A stretch of DNA of 64,000 bases from an uncultured Alphaproteobacteria bacterium (GTDB lineage Bacteria > Pseudomonadota > Alphaproteobacteria > RF32 > CAG-239). Each line of letters starts with the position of its first letter. Position 1 is the stretch's first letter. Under the pieces are notes generated by a model. It made no database searches and was not told the origin of the DNA. It saw only the letters and a list, made by a program, of their open reading frames with translations. Both the position numbers and the translations under genes were made by a program. Below, one piece after another: positions 38,380 to 48,730 of the stretch. The DNA lies in assembly GCA_934277545.1 (NCBI GenBank), contig CAKQUG010000005.1, positions 33,588 to 97,587 of the forward strand, given 5' to 3'.

Positions 38380-39643
38380 AGCAGCACAAGCACTGCAATC
38401 CGTCTTAGAAGACAAAGTCTTTTTCGGAGAACTTAAAAAGCAATTCTCCGAAAAGGATTTGCCTTTCGTCAATATGCTGATTTTAACCGCTCTGCGGCGT
38501 TATACGGCGCTGCAGGCGGTTTTACGTTCATTTTTAAGCAAAAAAATTCCCAACAAACACCGTTTTGCCGAATATTTGCTTATTTTGGCCGAATGTGAAT
38601 TATTATTTATGCAAACCGCGCCTTATGCCGTGATTAACGAAACAGTGGCAAACATCCGCAAAACAACCGACCGTTTTTTAGGCGGGCTGGCAAACGCGGT
38701 TCTGCGCAAAATTTTGGCGCAAAAAGAAAAACTTTTGCTTCAAATAGCAAACGCCAATCCCCTGCCCGACGGTTTTAAGCAAATTATTGCTGACTATTCC
38801 GAACAGGAACAAGCTGGTGTTGCGCAGAGTGTGTTTGTGTTACCGCCGCTGGATATTACAGTAAAAGAAAATCCGGAAAAATGGGCTGAAGAGCTTAAGG
38901 CTGATTTATTGCCGAACGGTTCGCTCCGACTGTATAACAATCCGAAAGTTCCGGCCTTAAAAGGTTATAACGAAGGCGCTTGGTGGGTGCAGGACGTTGC
39001 CGCAAGTTTGCCGGTGCAGACTCTGCCGAAAGATTTACATGGGTTAAAGGTTTTGGATTTATGCGCCGCTCCCGGCGGAAAAACCGCTCAGCTGGCCGCC
39101 TGCGGGGCACAGGTTACGGCGATTGATATTTCCGCCGAACGTTTGGAAACTTTAAAGCAAAATATGAAACGCCTTGGTTTTGAAAACATCAAGACCATTG
39201 CCTCCGACGCTTTAGAATTTTTACGGCACAACACAGAACAATTCGATATTATTCTGCTGGACGCGCCTTGTTCGGCAACCGGAACTTTCCGCCGTCATCC
39301 CGAAGTGCTGTATCTCAAAACCAAAGAAGACGTTGCTGTGCAAGCCGCTTTGCAAAAACAACTGCTTGACGCGTGTAAAAATGCTTTGAAGTTTGGCGGG
39401 ACTTTGGTTTACAGCACCTGTTCAATAGCTAAAAGTGAAGGGGAAAAACAAATTGAAACCTTTATAAAGGAACATTCCGAATTTCAAATTTCACCGATTA
39501 GCCTTGACCAAATATCCGCATTCGGCAAATGGAACAACTCGACGATTACTCCGCAAGGCTATATCCGCACACTGCCGTTTTATGAAGCTGATAAAAACGG
39601 GATGGATTCATTTTTTATTTGCAAATTGAAAAGAATAATTTAA
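38360..39643 (+). CDS. rsmB: RsmB/Sun-family 16S rRNA m5C methyltransferase
   Basis: 427 aa. An N-terminal NusB-like domain, then motifs DLCAAPGGKT, ILLDAPCSATGTFRRHPE and LVYSTCS. The start overlaps the 3' end of the RND permease gene by 20 nt. Confidence 0.8.
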   Translation: MQNLRIKAAQALQSVLEDKVFFGELKKQFSEKDLPFVNMLILTALRRYTALQAVLRSFLSKKIPNKHRFAEYLLILAECELLFMQTAPYAVINETVANIRKTTDRFLGGLANAVLRKILAQKEKLLLQIANANPLPDGFKQIIADYSEQEQAGVAQSVFVLPPLDITVKENPEKWAEELKADLLPNGSLRLYNNPKVPALKGYNEGAWWVQDVAASLPVQTLPKDLHGLKVLDLCAAPGGKTAQLAACGAQVTAIDISAERLETLKQNMKRLGFENIKTIASDALEFLRHNTEQFDIILLDAPCSATGTFRRHPEVLYLKTKEDVAVQAALQKQLLDACKNALKFGGTLVYSTCSIAKSEGEKQIETFIKEHSEFQISPISLDQISAFGKWNNSTITPQGYIRTLPFYEADKNGMDSFFICKLKRII

Positions 39644-39685
39644 CAAATTACGTTTATAATAGCCTCAAGTTAAAGGAGATTTTAA

Positions 39686-40828
39686 ATGTTAAATGCCGGT
39701 ATATTTATATTTGCGTTGTTGATTTTTGTCGGTTTGGCAGCCATGCTGATTGTTTTTACCCCCATTGCCAATAAATATATGCAAACGCTGACTGTAACTC
39801 CGGCGATGTTGCCTTTCAGCTATATTTTCGGCTTTTACGCCGTCGGTTCGATTTTAATTTATTATTTTTTTCCGCTTAATGATTTTATAGAACCGCTGAC
39901 GGCGAATCGCTTTTTTATTCCATTGCTTTTGGCGGCGGTTATTTTTATATCTTCCATGTTCTTTGACAATTCAATTTTTATACCGATTGTTATTGCCTGC
40001 GTGGCGGTTACTGTTTTTTTACAGCCGCTGGGCAGCGGATTTCCTTATTCCGCTTTACCGCTTTGGGCGGCACGGCTTTTGTTAATTGCCTTTTTCTCAA
40101 TATTCTGCATTTTTTACGGTGTGCTGAATTTTTTGCCGCACACCATGATAATTTCAGCAATTCTAACTTTATCCGGTCTGGCTTTGCTGCCGTTTTTTTC
40201 GGCGGCTCCTTTTTATTTTCTGCTAAGTTCGGCTTTGTTAATCGGTACCCTCGCCGGTTATTTATGCGTTAACCTGAACACGGTAAAAGTTCCTTTTGAC
40301 AGCGGTTCGTCCTGCGCTTTGGCTTATTTATTGAGTAACCTGATTTTGCAAGACAGCGGGGAATACAGCTTTAGTTCCTGCATTATTTTTACCGCGTTTT
40401 TCTGGAGTGAATTTGCTTTTGCTTTATGGAATAAATTTGTAATTGTTAAATCCGGCGCCTTATATGAAAACACAAACTGCGCCTTGGCCGCTCAAAAATA
40501 TAATTTGCGCTTTTTAACCATCAATGTTGCCAAAATCTGCGGAGTAAGCCTGTTAATCGGCTGTTTCCAGCTGTTTGCCGTCAATCAATATTCGCTGATA
40601 ATAATTTGTTTGGCTATAACAGGCTGGCTGAGTCATACCATGCTGCACCCGTTTAATTCCGACTTAAAAACAATCAATGCTGAGTTTGTGGCAGATTTCA
40701 AGCAAAATCTGGCTAATATTCATAATGACCTGAAATCTTTGCAGCAGCCTGATTTGCCTAAAAAAAACAAGCAGCCTAAAAAAGCCGCTAAACGTAAATC
40801 ACCGCGCAGCACACGCAAGGAATCGTAA
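39686..40828 (+). CDS. Hypothetical polytopic membrane protein with a basic C-terminal tail
   Basis: 380 aa with about 10 predicted transmembrane helices and a C-terminus LPKKNKQPKKAAKRKSPRSTRKES. No recognizable family. Confidence 0.5.
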   Translation: MLNAGIFIFALLIFVGLAAMLIVFTPIANKYMQTLTVTPAMLPFSYIFGFYAVGSILIYYFFPLNDFIEPLTANRFFIPLLLAAVIFISSMFFDNSIFIPIVIACVAVTVFLQPLGSGFPYSALPLWAARLLLIAFFSIFCIFYGVLNFLPHTMIISAILTLSGLALLPFFSAAPFYFLLSSALLIGTLAGYLCVNLNTVKVPFDSGSSCALAYLLSNLILQDSGEYSFSSCIIFTAFFWSEFAFALWNKFVIVKSGALYENTNCALAAQKYNLRFLTINVAKICGVSLLIGCFQLFAVNQYSLIIICLAITGWLSHTMLHPFNSDLKTINAEFVADFKQNLANIHNDLKSLQQPDLPKKNKQPKKAAKRKSPRSTRKES

Positions 40829-40831
40829 AAT

Positions 40832-42169
40832 ATGTCATTTTCGCCGAATTTATTAAATATACGCAGCCTGCTGGGTTCTGAAAAAAAGCCTGATAAAAAT
40901 GGCTTGTTTCGGGTTACGGTTGTGGCGTTTGAAGACAAGTGCAGTCTGAACTGCGGTCTGCGCTTTGCCGAGCTTTTGAAAAAAAGCAATTTATTTGACA
41001 TAACTTTTTTTAACGAACCTTTTGCCAAAGGATTTTTAAACCTGCAAAGCCGCAATTTTTTTGACTTTATTGACCGCGGCAATAAAATTTTGAGCTCAAC
41101 ACAAGCCGATATTGTGATTTGGGGCTATGAAGACGACGGCAAAATCCGCCTTAATTTTCAGGTTGCCAACCAATATGCCATTCCGGGCAGCCTATCTTTT
41201 TCATTGCTGGACAGCTTATTTATTCCTTTAAACTATTTAACCGACACCGCGAATTTTTCCGAATCGCTGCTGCTCTTAATTTATGGAATAATCGTGGCGG
41301 CGATAAATCCGGTTACAAACGCACAAAAACAAAAACGTCCGCAAATTCTGCAAGAGCTTATCGCCCTGCTATCCGCCGATAAATCACCCAAAGACATATC
41401 TAAAGAATTTATGCCTTACATTATGAATTTATTGGGTAAAATTTACTTGTGCAACGCTTGCGCCAACTTAACCGAAAAAGACATTGAAATTATTCATAAT
41501 CTGTTTGAATTAGCGCTCAAAAATAAGCAATACATCAGGCTGCCCATTTATTACGGCTGTATTTATAACAATTTCGGACAGCTGTATGAAGCGGCTTTCC
41601 GGCAAAGCAGAATGGGAAACATCAGCTATTTGAAACAAGCCATTTCCAACTATCAATCGGCGCAAAAAAATCTGAACCGCAACTATCCTTATGATTTTGG
41701 GCTGATTGCTTATCATTTGGCGCAGCTTTATTTTGAATATTGGAAGCACACCGCCGATTTACAGGCTTTGCGCGACGCCGTATCAAAACTCCGCGAAGCT
41801 GAAAAAGTGTATTCTTTGGCACAGTTTCCGGAATCCTGGTGTCAAATTGAAGGACTTTTGGGCAATTACATTACCTCTCTCGGTCTGCAAACCAAAAGCA
41901 ACGAGCTGATGCAACTGGCGATAGAAGCCTATAAAAGCCAGCAGAAAATTTACACTCAAAACAACGCTCCGGCTGTTTGGGCAGAAATTCAAGAAAAAAT
42001 CGGCAATATTTTTTATTTGCTGGGCAAACAAAATGATGATGACAAACTAATGGAAGAAGCCCGCAACTATTTTAATTCCGCACTGGAAATATATAATGAG
42101 CTGAATCTGAAACACGGCGTTAAAAACGTGGAACGCGCCTTATTAAAAATCAGAAATTATTTGGGCTGA
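40832..42169 (+). CDS. Hypothetical protein with a TPR-like helical C-terminal region
   Basis: 445 aa. Begins 4 nt after the upstream membrane protein, so it is operonic. No motif recognized. Confidence 0.45.
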   Translation: MSFSPNLLNIRSLLGSEKKPDKNGLFRVTVVAFEDKCSLNCGLRFAELLKKSNLFDITFFNEPFAKGFLNLQSRNFFDFIDRGNKILSSTQADIVIWGYEDDGKIRLNFQVANQYAIPGSLSFSLLDSLFIPLNYLTDTANFSESLLLLIYGIIVAAINPVTNAQKQKRPQILQELIALLSADKSPKDISKEFMPYIMNLLGKIYLCNACANLTEKDIEIIHNLFELALKNKQYIRLPIYYGCIYNNFGQLYEAAFRQSRMGNISYLKQAISNYQSAQKNLNRNYPYDFGLIAYHLAQLYFEYWKHTADLQALRDAVSKLREAEKVYSLAQFPESWCQIEGLLGNYITSLGLQTKSNELMQLAIEAYKSQQKIYTQNNAPAVWAEIQEKIGNIFYLLGKQNDDDKLMEEARNYFNSALEIYNELNLKHGVKNVERALLKIRNYLG

Positions 42170-42221
42170 CCTTGATTTTTTGCCGGCAAGGCTTATCTCC
42201 CGACTTTGAAGGAGATTTATA

Positions 42222-42824
42222 ATGACACATTGCATAGAACAAGACAGTTTAACCCGCCGCCGCTCAATTTACGCGCTCGGGCACACCAGAATTGTTACGG
42301 ATTTTTGTTTGGAAGACACCTTAAAAGACTGCTTAAAAAATTGCCCGACTCCGTTTAACGCACAATCGGCAAGATTAGTTTTACTTTTAAATCAACAACA
42401 TACAAATTTTTGGAAATTAGTGCTGCAAAAAGTTTTGGCAGTTACTCCGCTTGGCAAAAAAGACAGCACAGCGCAAAAAATAAACTCTTTTGCCGCGGCG
42501 TACGGAACAATTTTGTTTTTTGAAGATTTAAGTGTTTTAGAACAGCTGCAAAAAGACTTTCCGCTTTATCAAAAAAATATGCACAACTGGACTTTTGAAG
42601 CCAACGGCATGTTACAATATATGGTTTGGCAGGCCTTGGCAGAAAATGAAATCGGCGCATCCTTGCAGCATTACAATGAATTGATTGAAGAAGATGTCAA
42701 AAAAATGCTCGGTTTGCCGGACAGTTGGAAAATTTTGGCGCAAATGCCGTTTGGCAGTATAGAAAAAACACCGGCAGAAAAAACTTTTTTACCATTGGAA
42801 AACCGCTTCAAAATTTTCAAATAG
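42222..42824 (+). CDS. Nitroreductase-family NAD(P)H-dependent oxidoreductase
   Basis: 200 aa. The N-terminus RRRSIYALGHTRIV resembles the nitroreductase RRS(I/V)R motif; the size is right. Confidence 0.55.
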   Translation: MTHCIEQDSLTRRRSIYALGHTRIVTDFCLEDTLKDCLKNCPTPFNAQSARLVLLLNQQHTNFWKLVLQKVLAVTPLGKKDSTAQKINSFAAAYGTILFFEDLSVLEQLQKDFPLYQKNMHNWTFEANGMLQYMVWQALAENEIGASLQHYNELIEEDVKKMLGLPDSWKILAQMPFGSIEKTPAEKTFLPLENRFKIFK

Positions 42825-43406
42825 CTACCGATGATTCAGTTTTAAACCGAGTTGGTTAGAAAATTCGGCAAGACCTTTTTTGAAAAGTACGCCGATTAAA
42901 TCGGCTACCAAATCAATATTGGCTTCCAGATTGGCTTTATCAGCTTTGGAAAAGCCGGAAAGGACATGACTGACAATGCTATCGGCGTCTCGGTTCTGCG
43001 GATGTCCGATACCAATGCGAATCCGGTTATAATTAGGGGTAATGCAAGAATCTATACTTTTTAAGCCGTTATGTCCGCCGGCGCCTCCGCCTAGTTTGGC
43101 TTTTATTTTGTCAGTCGGCAAATCCATATCGTCATGGATAACCACAATATTCTGCGGTAAAATTTTATAAAAGTTAGCCGCTTTAACAACGCTGTTGCCG
43201 GAAAGATTCATAAATGTCTGCGGTTTCAGCAAATATACTTTTTCGCCATCAATGTTTCCTTCGGCAATCAGACCGTCAAATTTAGAGCGAAACGGTGAAA
43301 AATTATAGCGGCGATGAAGCTCATCAGCCGCCATAAATCCAACATTATGGCGGGTAGCCGCATATTCCGTTCCCGGATTACCTAAACCAACCACCAAAAA
43401 CATCAT
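42825..43406 (-). CDS. pth: Peptidyl-tRNA hydrolase
   Basis: 193 aa. MMFLVVGLGNPGTEYAATRHNVGF...HDDMDLP...GGHNGLKS. Confidence 0.93.
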   Translation of the reverse strand: MMFLVVGLGNPGTEYAATRHNVGFMAADELHRRYNFSPFRSKFDGLIAEGNIDGEKVYLLKPQTFMNLSGNSVVKAANFYKILPQNIVVIHDDMDLPTDKIKAKLGGGAGGHNGLKSIDSCITPNYNRIRIGIGHPQNRDADSIVSHVLSGFSKADKANLEANIDLVADLIGVLFKKGLAEFSNQLGLKLNHR

Positions 43407-43412
43407 TACACC

Positions 43413-43703
43413 TTATTTACGCATAAAATCAACGTGAATAGGCTTGTCAGAAACCGGATGGAATTGAACGTCTTGGCAAACAGTCTTAACTTTTTTGCCT
43501 TCAACATCAACAACGATTTCAGATTTGTAGAAATCTCTCAAATCAAGGGCTTTTTCCAATTCTACAGGGTCAAGGCTGATTAAAACAGCATCTTTTTTAC
43601 CACCATAAATAACGGCAGGAACACGGCCCTCACGACGACATGCACGAGCTGCCCCCTTACCTGCTTTTTCACGCTTTTTTGCATTAAAAGTAACTTCTGT
43701 CAT
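43413..43703 (-). CDS. rplY: 50S ribosomal protein L25 (short form)
   Basis: 96 aa. MTEVTFNAKKREKAGKGAARACRREGRVPAVIYGG. The rplY-pth pair is conserved. Confidence 0.85.
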   Translation of the reverse strand: MTEVTFNAKKREKAGKGAARACRREGRVPAVIYGGKKDAVLISLDPVELEKALDLRDFYKSEIVVDVEGKKVKTVCQDVQFHPVSDKPIHVDFMRK

Positions 43704-43862
43704 TTTTATATCCTTTATTTTAAATTCAATTTAACCGACGGCCTCCAGGGGTGCCGTCAGTAACGGCTTTGTACAACAAAAAAGTCAAAGATTCAAGCCT
43801 TTTTAATAAAATTTTATGATTTTTTTGTTATCTTCCTTTCTAGTAAATTTACGGAGGTTTCT

Positions 43863-44576
43863 ATGTTATACATTTTAACAGGTTTTGTATTCGGCTGTTT
43901 AATTCCCTATTTGGCACGTCGTCTCGGCAAGTTGATGCCGGCAACCATGGGCTATATTCTGCTCAAAATTTTTATCCCTCAGCACTATATGCCGTGGAGC
44001 AAACTGAAAAATGATTTTGAATATATGCAATTATTCAAAAGATATATGATGAGAAGTTTGGGCTGGGGTATTTTTTGCGCCGCCGTTACATATTTATTTG
44101 CCGTAAATTTTGACCCGTATTACACCGGCTGGTACATTGCTTTTTTATGGATTATGCTGCTGCTTGTGGAAATTGACAAGCGCTTTATGCTGCTGCCTGA
44201 TGTTTTGACTTTACCACTATTGGTGCTGGGTTTCGGCTATGCGACAATTAACGGCGTGTGGCTGGACACGATTGACCCGCAGCTTATAAGCAATGCACAA
44301 AACAGTTTTATGGGTGCCTGCGCCGGATATTTAATGCCGGTTGTCGCCAGTATGTTTTTAGTTTGGAAATACCCGGACGCATTCGGCGGCGGCGACATTA
44401 AACTTTTGGCGGCTATCGGCGCTTGGGTCGGCTTGGGACCTATTTCCTACATTTTGCTCGGTTCCTGCATTTTGTTTGCTCTCGGCTGCTTAATCAAAAA
44501 GCAAAGAGTCGGTCCGTTCGGTCCTTCCATTGTCTACGCCACTCTGCTGGTTTGCATTTTCTTGTTCGGAATCTAG
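43863..44576 (+). CDS. Type IV prepilin peptidase (A24 family)
   Basis: 237 aa and polytopic. Both catalytic Asp motifs are present: EIDKRFMLLPD and GGGDIKLLAAIGAWVG. No N-terminal Cys-rich Zn module. Confidence 0.8.
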   Translation: MLYILTGFVFGCLIPYLARRLGKLMPATMGYILLKIFIPQHYMPWSKLKNDFEYMQLFKRYMMRSLGWGIFCAAVTYLFAVNFDPYYTGWYIAFLWIMLLLVEIDKRFMLLPDVLTLPLLVLGFGYATINGVWLDTIDPQLISNAQNSFMGACAGYLMPVVASMFLVWKYPDAFGGGDIKLLAAIGAWVGLGPISYILLGSCILFALGCLIKKQRVGPFGPSIVYATLLVCIFLFGI

Positions 44577-44595
44577 CAAAAATCAGGTGATTGCA

Positions 44596-46419
44596 ATGAC
44601 TGATCAAACAAAAATAATCTTGAAACATAATATAGAATTATCTTTATCGTCAAATGCGCCCGCAACAGATGTAGCAGCGTTGATTTGTGATTTTTTCGCA
44701 AATTATTATAAAGATGATGATGACCGCCAATACGCGCTATTAATATTTAATGAAATTTATAAAAAATATAGTAAAGATGAATTACCTGCTATTTTTTTTA
44801 GTGAGTTTGTAAGACTTTATGTCAATATTCTGCGTGAAAATTCATCAATGATGTCACCAGATACTATTGATTTTATCTGCTCTAATATAATTGACTTTGC
44901 AGATATTGCTATCAAAAAAAATCCTAAAAGCAATGTACCTTATCTTTATCTTGCCAGATTTTATAATTTAAACATCAACTCAAAACTGCTTAACGAGCTG
45001 GATACAAAAAAATTAACTAAACAATATTTTCTTAAAGCTATTAACCTTGGCAGTAAAAATGCTGTAAAAGAATACAATTCTTTTTTGAACACTCTTAGCG
45101 CCGCAACATCTTTTGATTTTCTAAACGTGAATATAAACCTAAACAAAATTGTTGATGCCCTCTTAAACAATATTGATAAAGACCGTTTTTCATTATTGCT
45201 TTATGGACCTGAAGGCAGCGGTAAAAGTATATTTGCTCAGCATTTGATAGGAAAAATAAAAGATTTTTACAATCAACACAATTTAACTTTCAAAATTGTA
45301 AAATTATCTCCGTTTAACTTTGATGAGAATTTTAAAAATATATCAGAAACAACTACTTTGATACAAATAGACGATAATTTCGGAATTGCTCTAAAAGATA
45401 TAAAACACTGCTATTTACTGCTTAATAAAATAAAAAAACAAACCAACAATATCATTGTTTCCATAAACTCTCTGGATAATCTGCCCAAAGATTTTATTTC
45501 TAATTTTTTGTTTAAGATAAAATTCAATTATATGAATCAAGAACAAGAAGAAGCCGCTTATGAGCTATTTTTCAACAACAAAGCCCCTGAAGAGTTAAAA
45601 TCTATAAGCGGAATGGTTATCAGTGATTTTAACCGTATTCAAAAAACTTGTTCTGTTCTAAATATAAATAAAAATGCCGATATTCTTAATATGATAAAAG
45701 ATGAAATGTTTTTCAAATTTGGCAATAACAACTACAACAAGCCGATTATTCAGTTTGATTCTAAAATGATAAATTGCGATACAGATGTTGAAGTTTTGAT
45801 TGAAAAACTGAAATATTATGACCCGAAATATCCGTTTTCGATTTTAGTTTATGGTCCGCCGGGAACTGGTAAAAGTTATTTTTTGCGTTATTTAGCTCAA
45901 AACATTGGTATTTCAACCGTTGAAAAGAAACCAGCAGAGATGTTTTCTAAATATCAAGGACAACCGGCAAAAGAAGTTTTAAATATCTTTAAAGAAGCTC
46001 AAGACAAAAATGCCATGCTTATTATTGATGAAATAGAAGGCATTATTTCTGAACGCGGCAAAGATTCCGGCGAAAATAAATGGAAAAGCGATATGACAAA
46101 CTCCTTTTTATCTTCATTAGAAAGTTGCACCGTACCGTTTGCCGGCACCTCAAACCATTTAAAATTTGTTGACAAGGCCATTTTACGGCGGTTTGTCTTT
46201 AAACTGCATTTTGATTATTTAACTACAATGCAGGCAATTTATGCCTTTGAAAAAATATTTGGTTTAATTGCACCATATGAAAAAATATCAAAATTAAAGC
46301 ATCTAACCAGCGGTGATTTTTCTATAGTTAAACGAAAAGCTCTGATTTTGGGCTGCATAAACGACGCAGAAAAATTGTGTGATATGCTAAACGATGAAAT
46401 AGCTAAAAAAGAATTATAA
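44596..46419 (+). CDS. Tandem AAA+ ATPase with an N-terminal helical (Sel1/TPR-like) region; strongly AT-shifted composition
   Basis: About 607 aa from ATG 44596, after AGGTGA. The first, degenerate ATPase module has LLLYGPEGSGKS and hhhhDD (LIQIDD). The second is a classical AAA module: ILVYGPPGTGKSYFLRYLA (Walker A), MLIIDEIEGI (Walker B) and ILRRF (second region of homology). The listed ORF from 44530 is an upstream extension that overlaps the peptidase gene. Confidence 0.75.
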   Translation: MTDQTKIILKHNIELSLSSNAPATDVAALICDFFANYYKDDDDRQYALLIFNEIYKKYSKDELPAIFFSEFVRLYVNILRENSSMMSPDTIDFICSNIIDFADIAIKKNPKSNVPYLYLARFYNLNINSKLLNELDTKKLTKQYFLKAINLGSKNAVKEYNSFLNTLSAATSFDFLNVNINLNKIVDALLNNIDKDRFSLLLYGPEGSGKSIFAQHLIGKIKDFYNQHNLTFKIVKLSPFNFDENFKNISETTTLIQIDDNFGIALKDIKHCYLLLNKIKKQTNNIIVSINSLDNLPKDFISNFLFKIKFNYMNQEQEEAAYELFFNNKAPEELKSISGMVISDFNRIQKTCSVLNINKNADILNMIKDEMFFKFGNNNYNKPIIQFDSKMINCDTDVEVLIEKLKYYDPKYPFSILVYGPPGTGKSYFLRYLAQNIGISTVEKKPAEMFSKYQGQPAKEVLNIFKEAQDKNAMLIIDEIEGIISERGKDSGENKWKSDMTNSFLSSLESCTVPFAGTSNHLKFVDKAILRRFVFKLHFDYLTTMQAIYAFEKIFGLIAPYEKISKLKHLTSGDFSIVKRKALILGCINDAEKLCDMLNDEIAKKEL

Positions 46420-46436
46420 TTTTAAGGTTTGATATC

Positions 46437-46465
46437 TTGACATTGCATTTTGCAAACACTAACTA
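46437..46465 (+). promoter_or_regulatory. Candidate groESL promoter
   Basis: TTGACA-N17-TAACTA. No CIRCE inverted repeat (TTAGCACTC-N9-GAGTGCTAA) is present. Confidence 0.4.
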
Positions 46466-46506
46466 AACAAGTAGTTGAATAAAACTAATTGTTTAGGAGT
46501 ATTGAA

Positions 46507-46794
46507 ATGAACATCAAACCATTACACGATAAAGTTTTAATCAAGCGTGTAGATGAAGAAACAAAAACTGCCGGCGGAATCATTATTCCTGACACGGCAA
46601 AAGAAAAACCGTCTGAAGGCGTTGTTGAAGCTGTGGGCAACGGCCGTGTTGCTCCTGACGGAAAAATTATCGCTTTGTCCGTAAAAGCCGGCGACCGTGT
46701 GTTGTTTGGCAAATGGGCAGGCACAGAGATTAAGGTTAACGGCGAATCTCGTTTGATTGTTAACGAATCTGATATTTTAGCTATTATTGAATAA
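46507..46794 (+). CDS. groES: Co-chaperonin GroES
   Basis: 95 aa. [29 protein letters not shown]. The RBS GGAG precedes it. The listed ORF from 46489 is an upstream extension. Confidence 0.95.
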   Translation: MNIKPLHDKVLIKRVDEETKTAGGIIIPDTAKEKPSEGVVEAVGNGRVAPDGKIIALSVKAGDRVLFGKWAGTEIKVNGESRLIVNESDILAIIE

Positions 46795-46808
46795 TCTGCG
46801 AAAGGTAA

Positions 46809-48455
<1,647 letters not shown>

Positions 48456-48473
48456 TAACAATTTTGGTTATAC

Positions 48474-48513
48474 GCTCCCTGTTTTGATTACTTCAAAGCA
48501 GGGAGTTTTTTTT
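48474..48513 (+). terminator. Rho-independent terminator after groEL
   Basis: Hairpin ctccctg...cagggag followed by TTTTTTTT. Confidence 0.8.
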
Positions 48514-48730
48514 ATATTTGGCACAATATGTTTCAGGCGGTTTGAATTAGAATTAACAAAAATAGAGAAAAGAATGATAAAATATGCTTAACCTAAAGAC
48601 GTTACACAAAATTAACAACGCCGAAAGTAAAATTATAAATTACCGCTAAGTATATAGCGGTAATTTACTGAAATTTGAACACATCTGAAAGTAAAGAAGC
48701 CGCTTTTTCAAGCGGCTTGCTGTTATTTTA

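Noticed and set aside
46420-46506. Looked for a CIRCE (HrcA) operator upstream of groES.
   Set aside because: No TTAGCACTC-N9-GAGTGCTAA-like inverted repeat is present. Only a sigma70-like -35/-10 pair and a short TTGCA-TTT-TGCAA palindrome are found.
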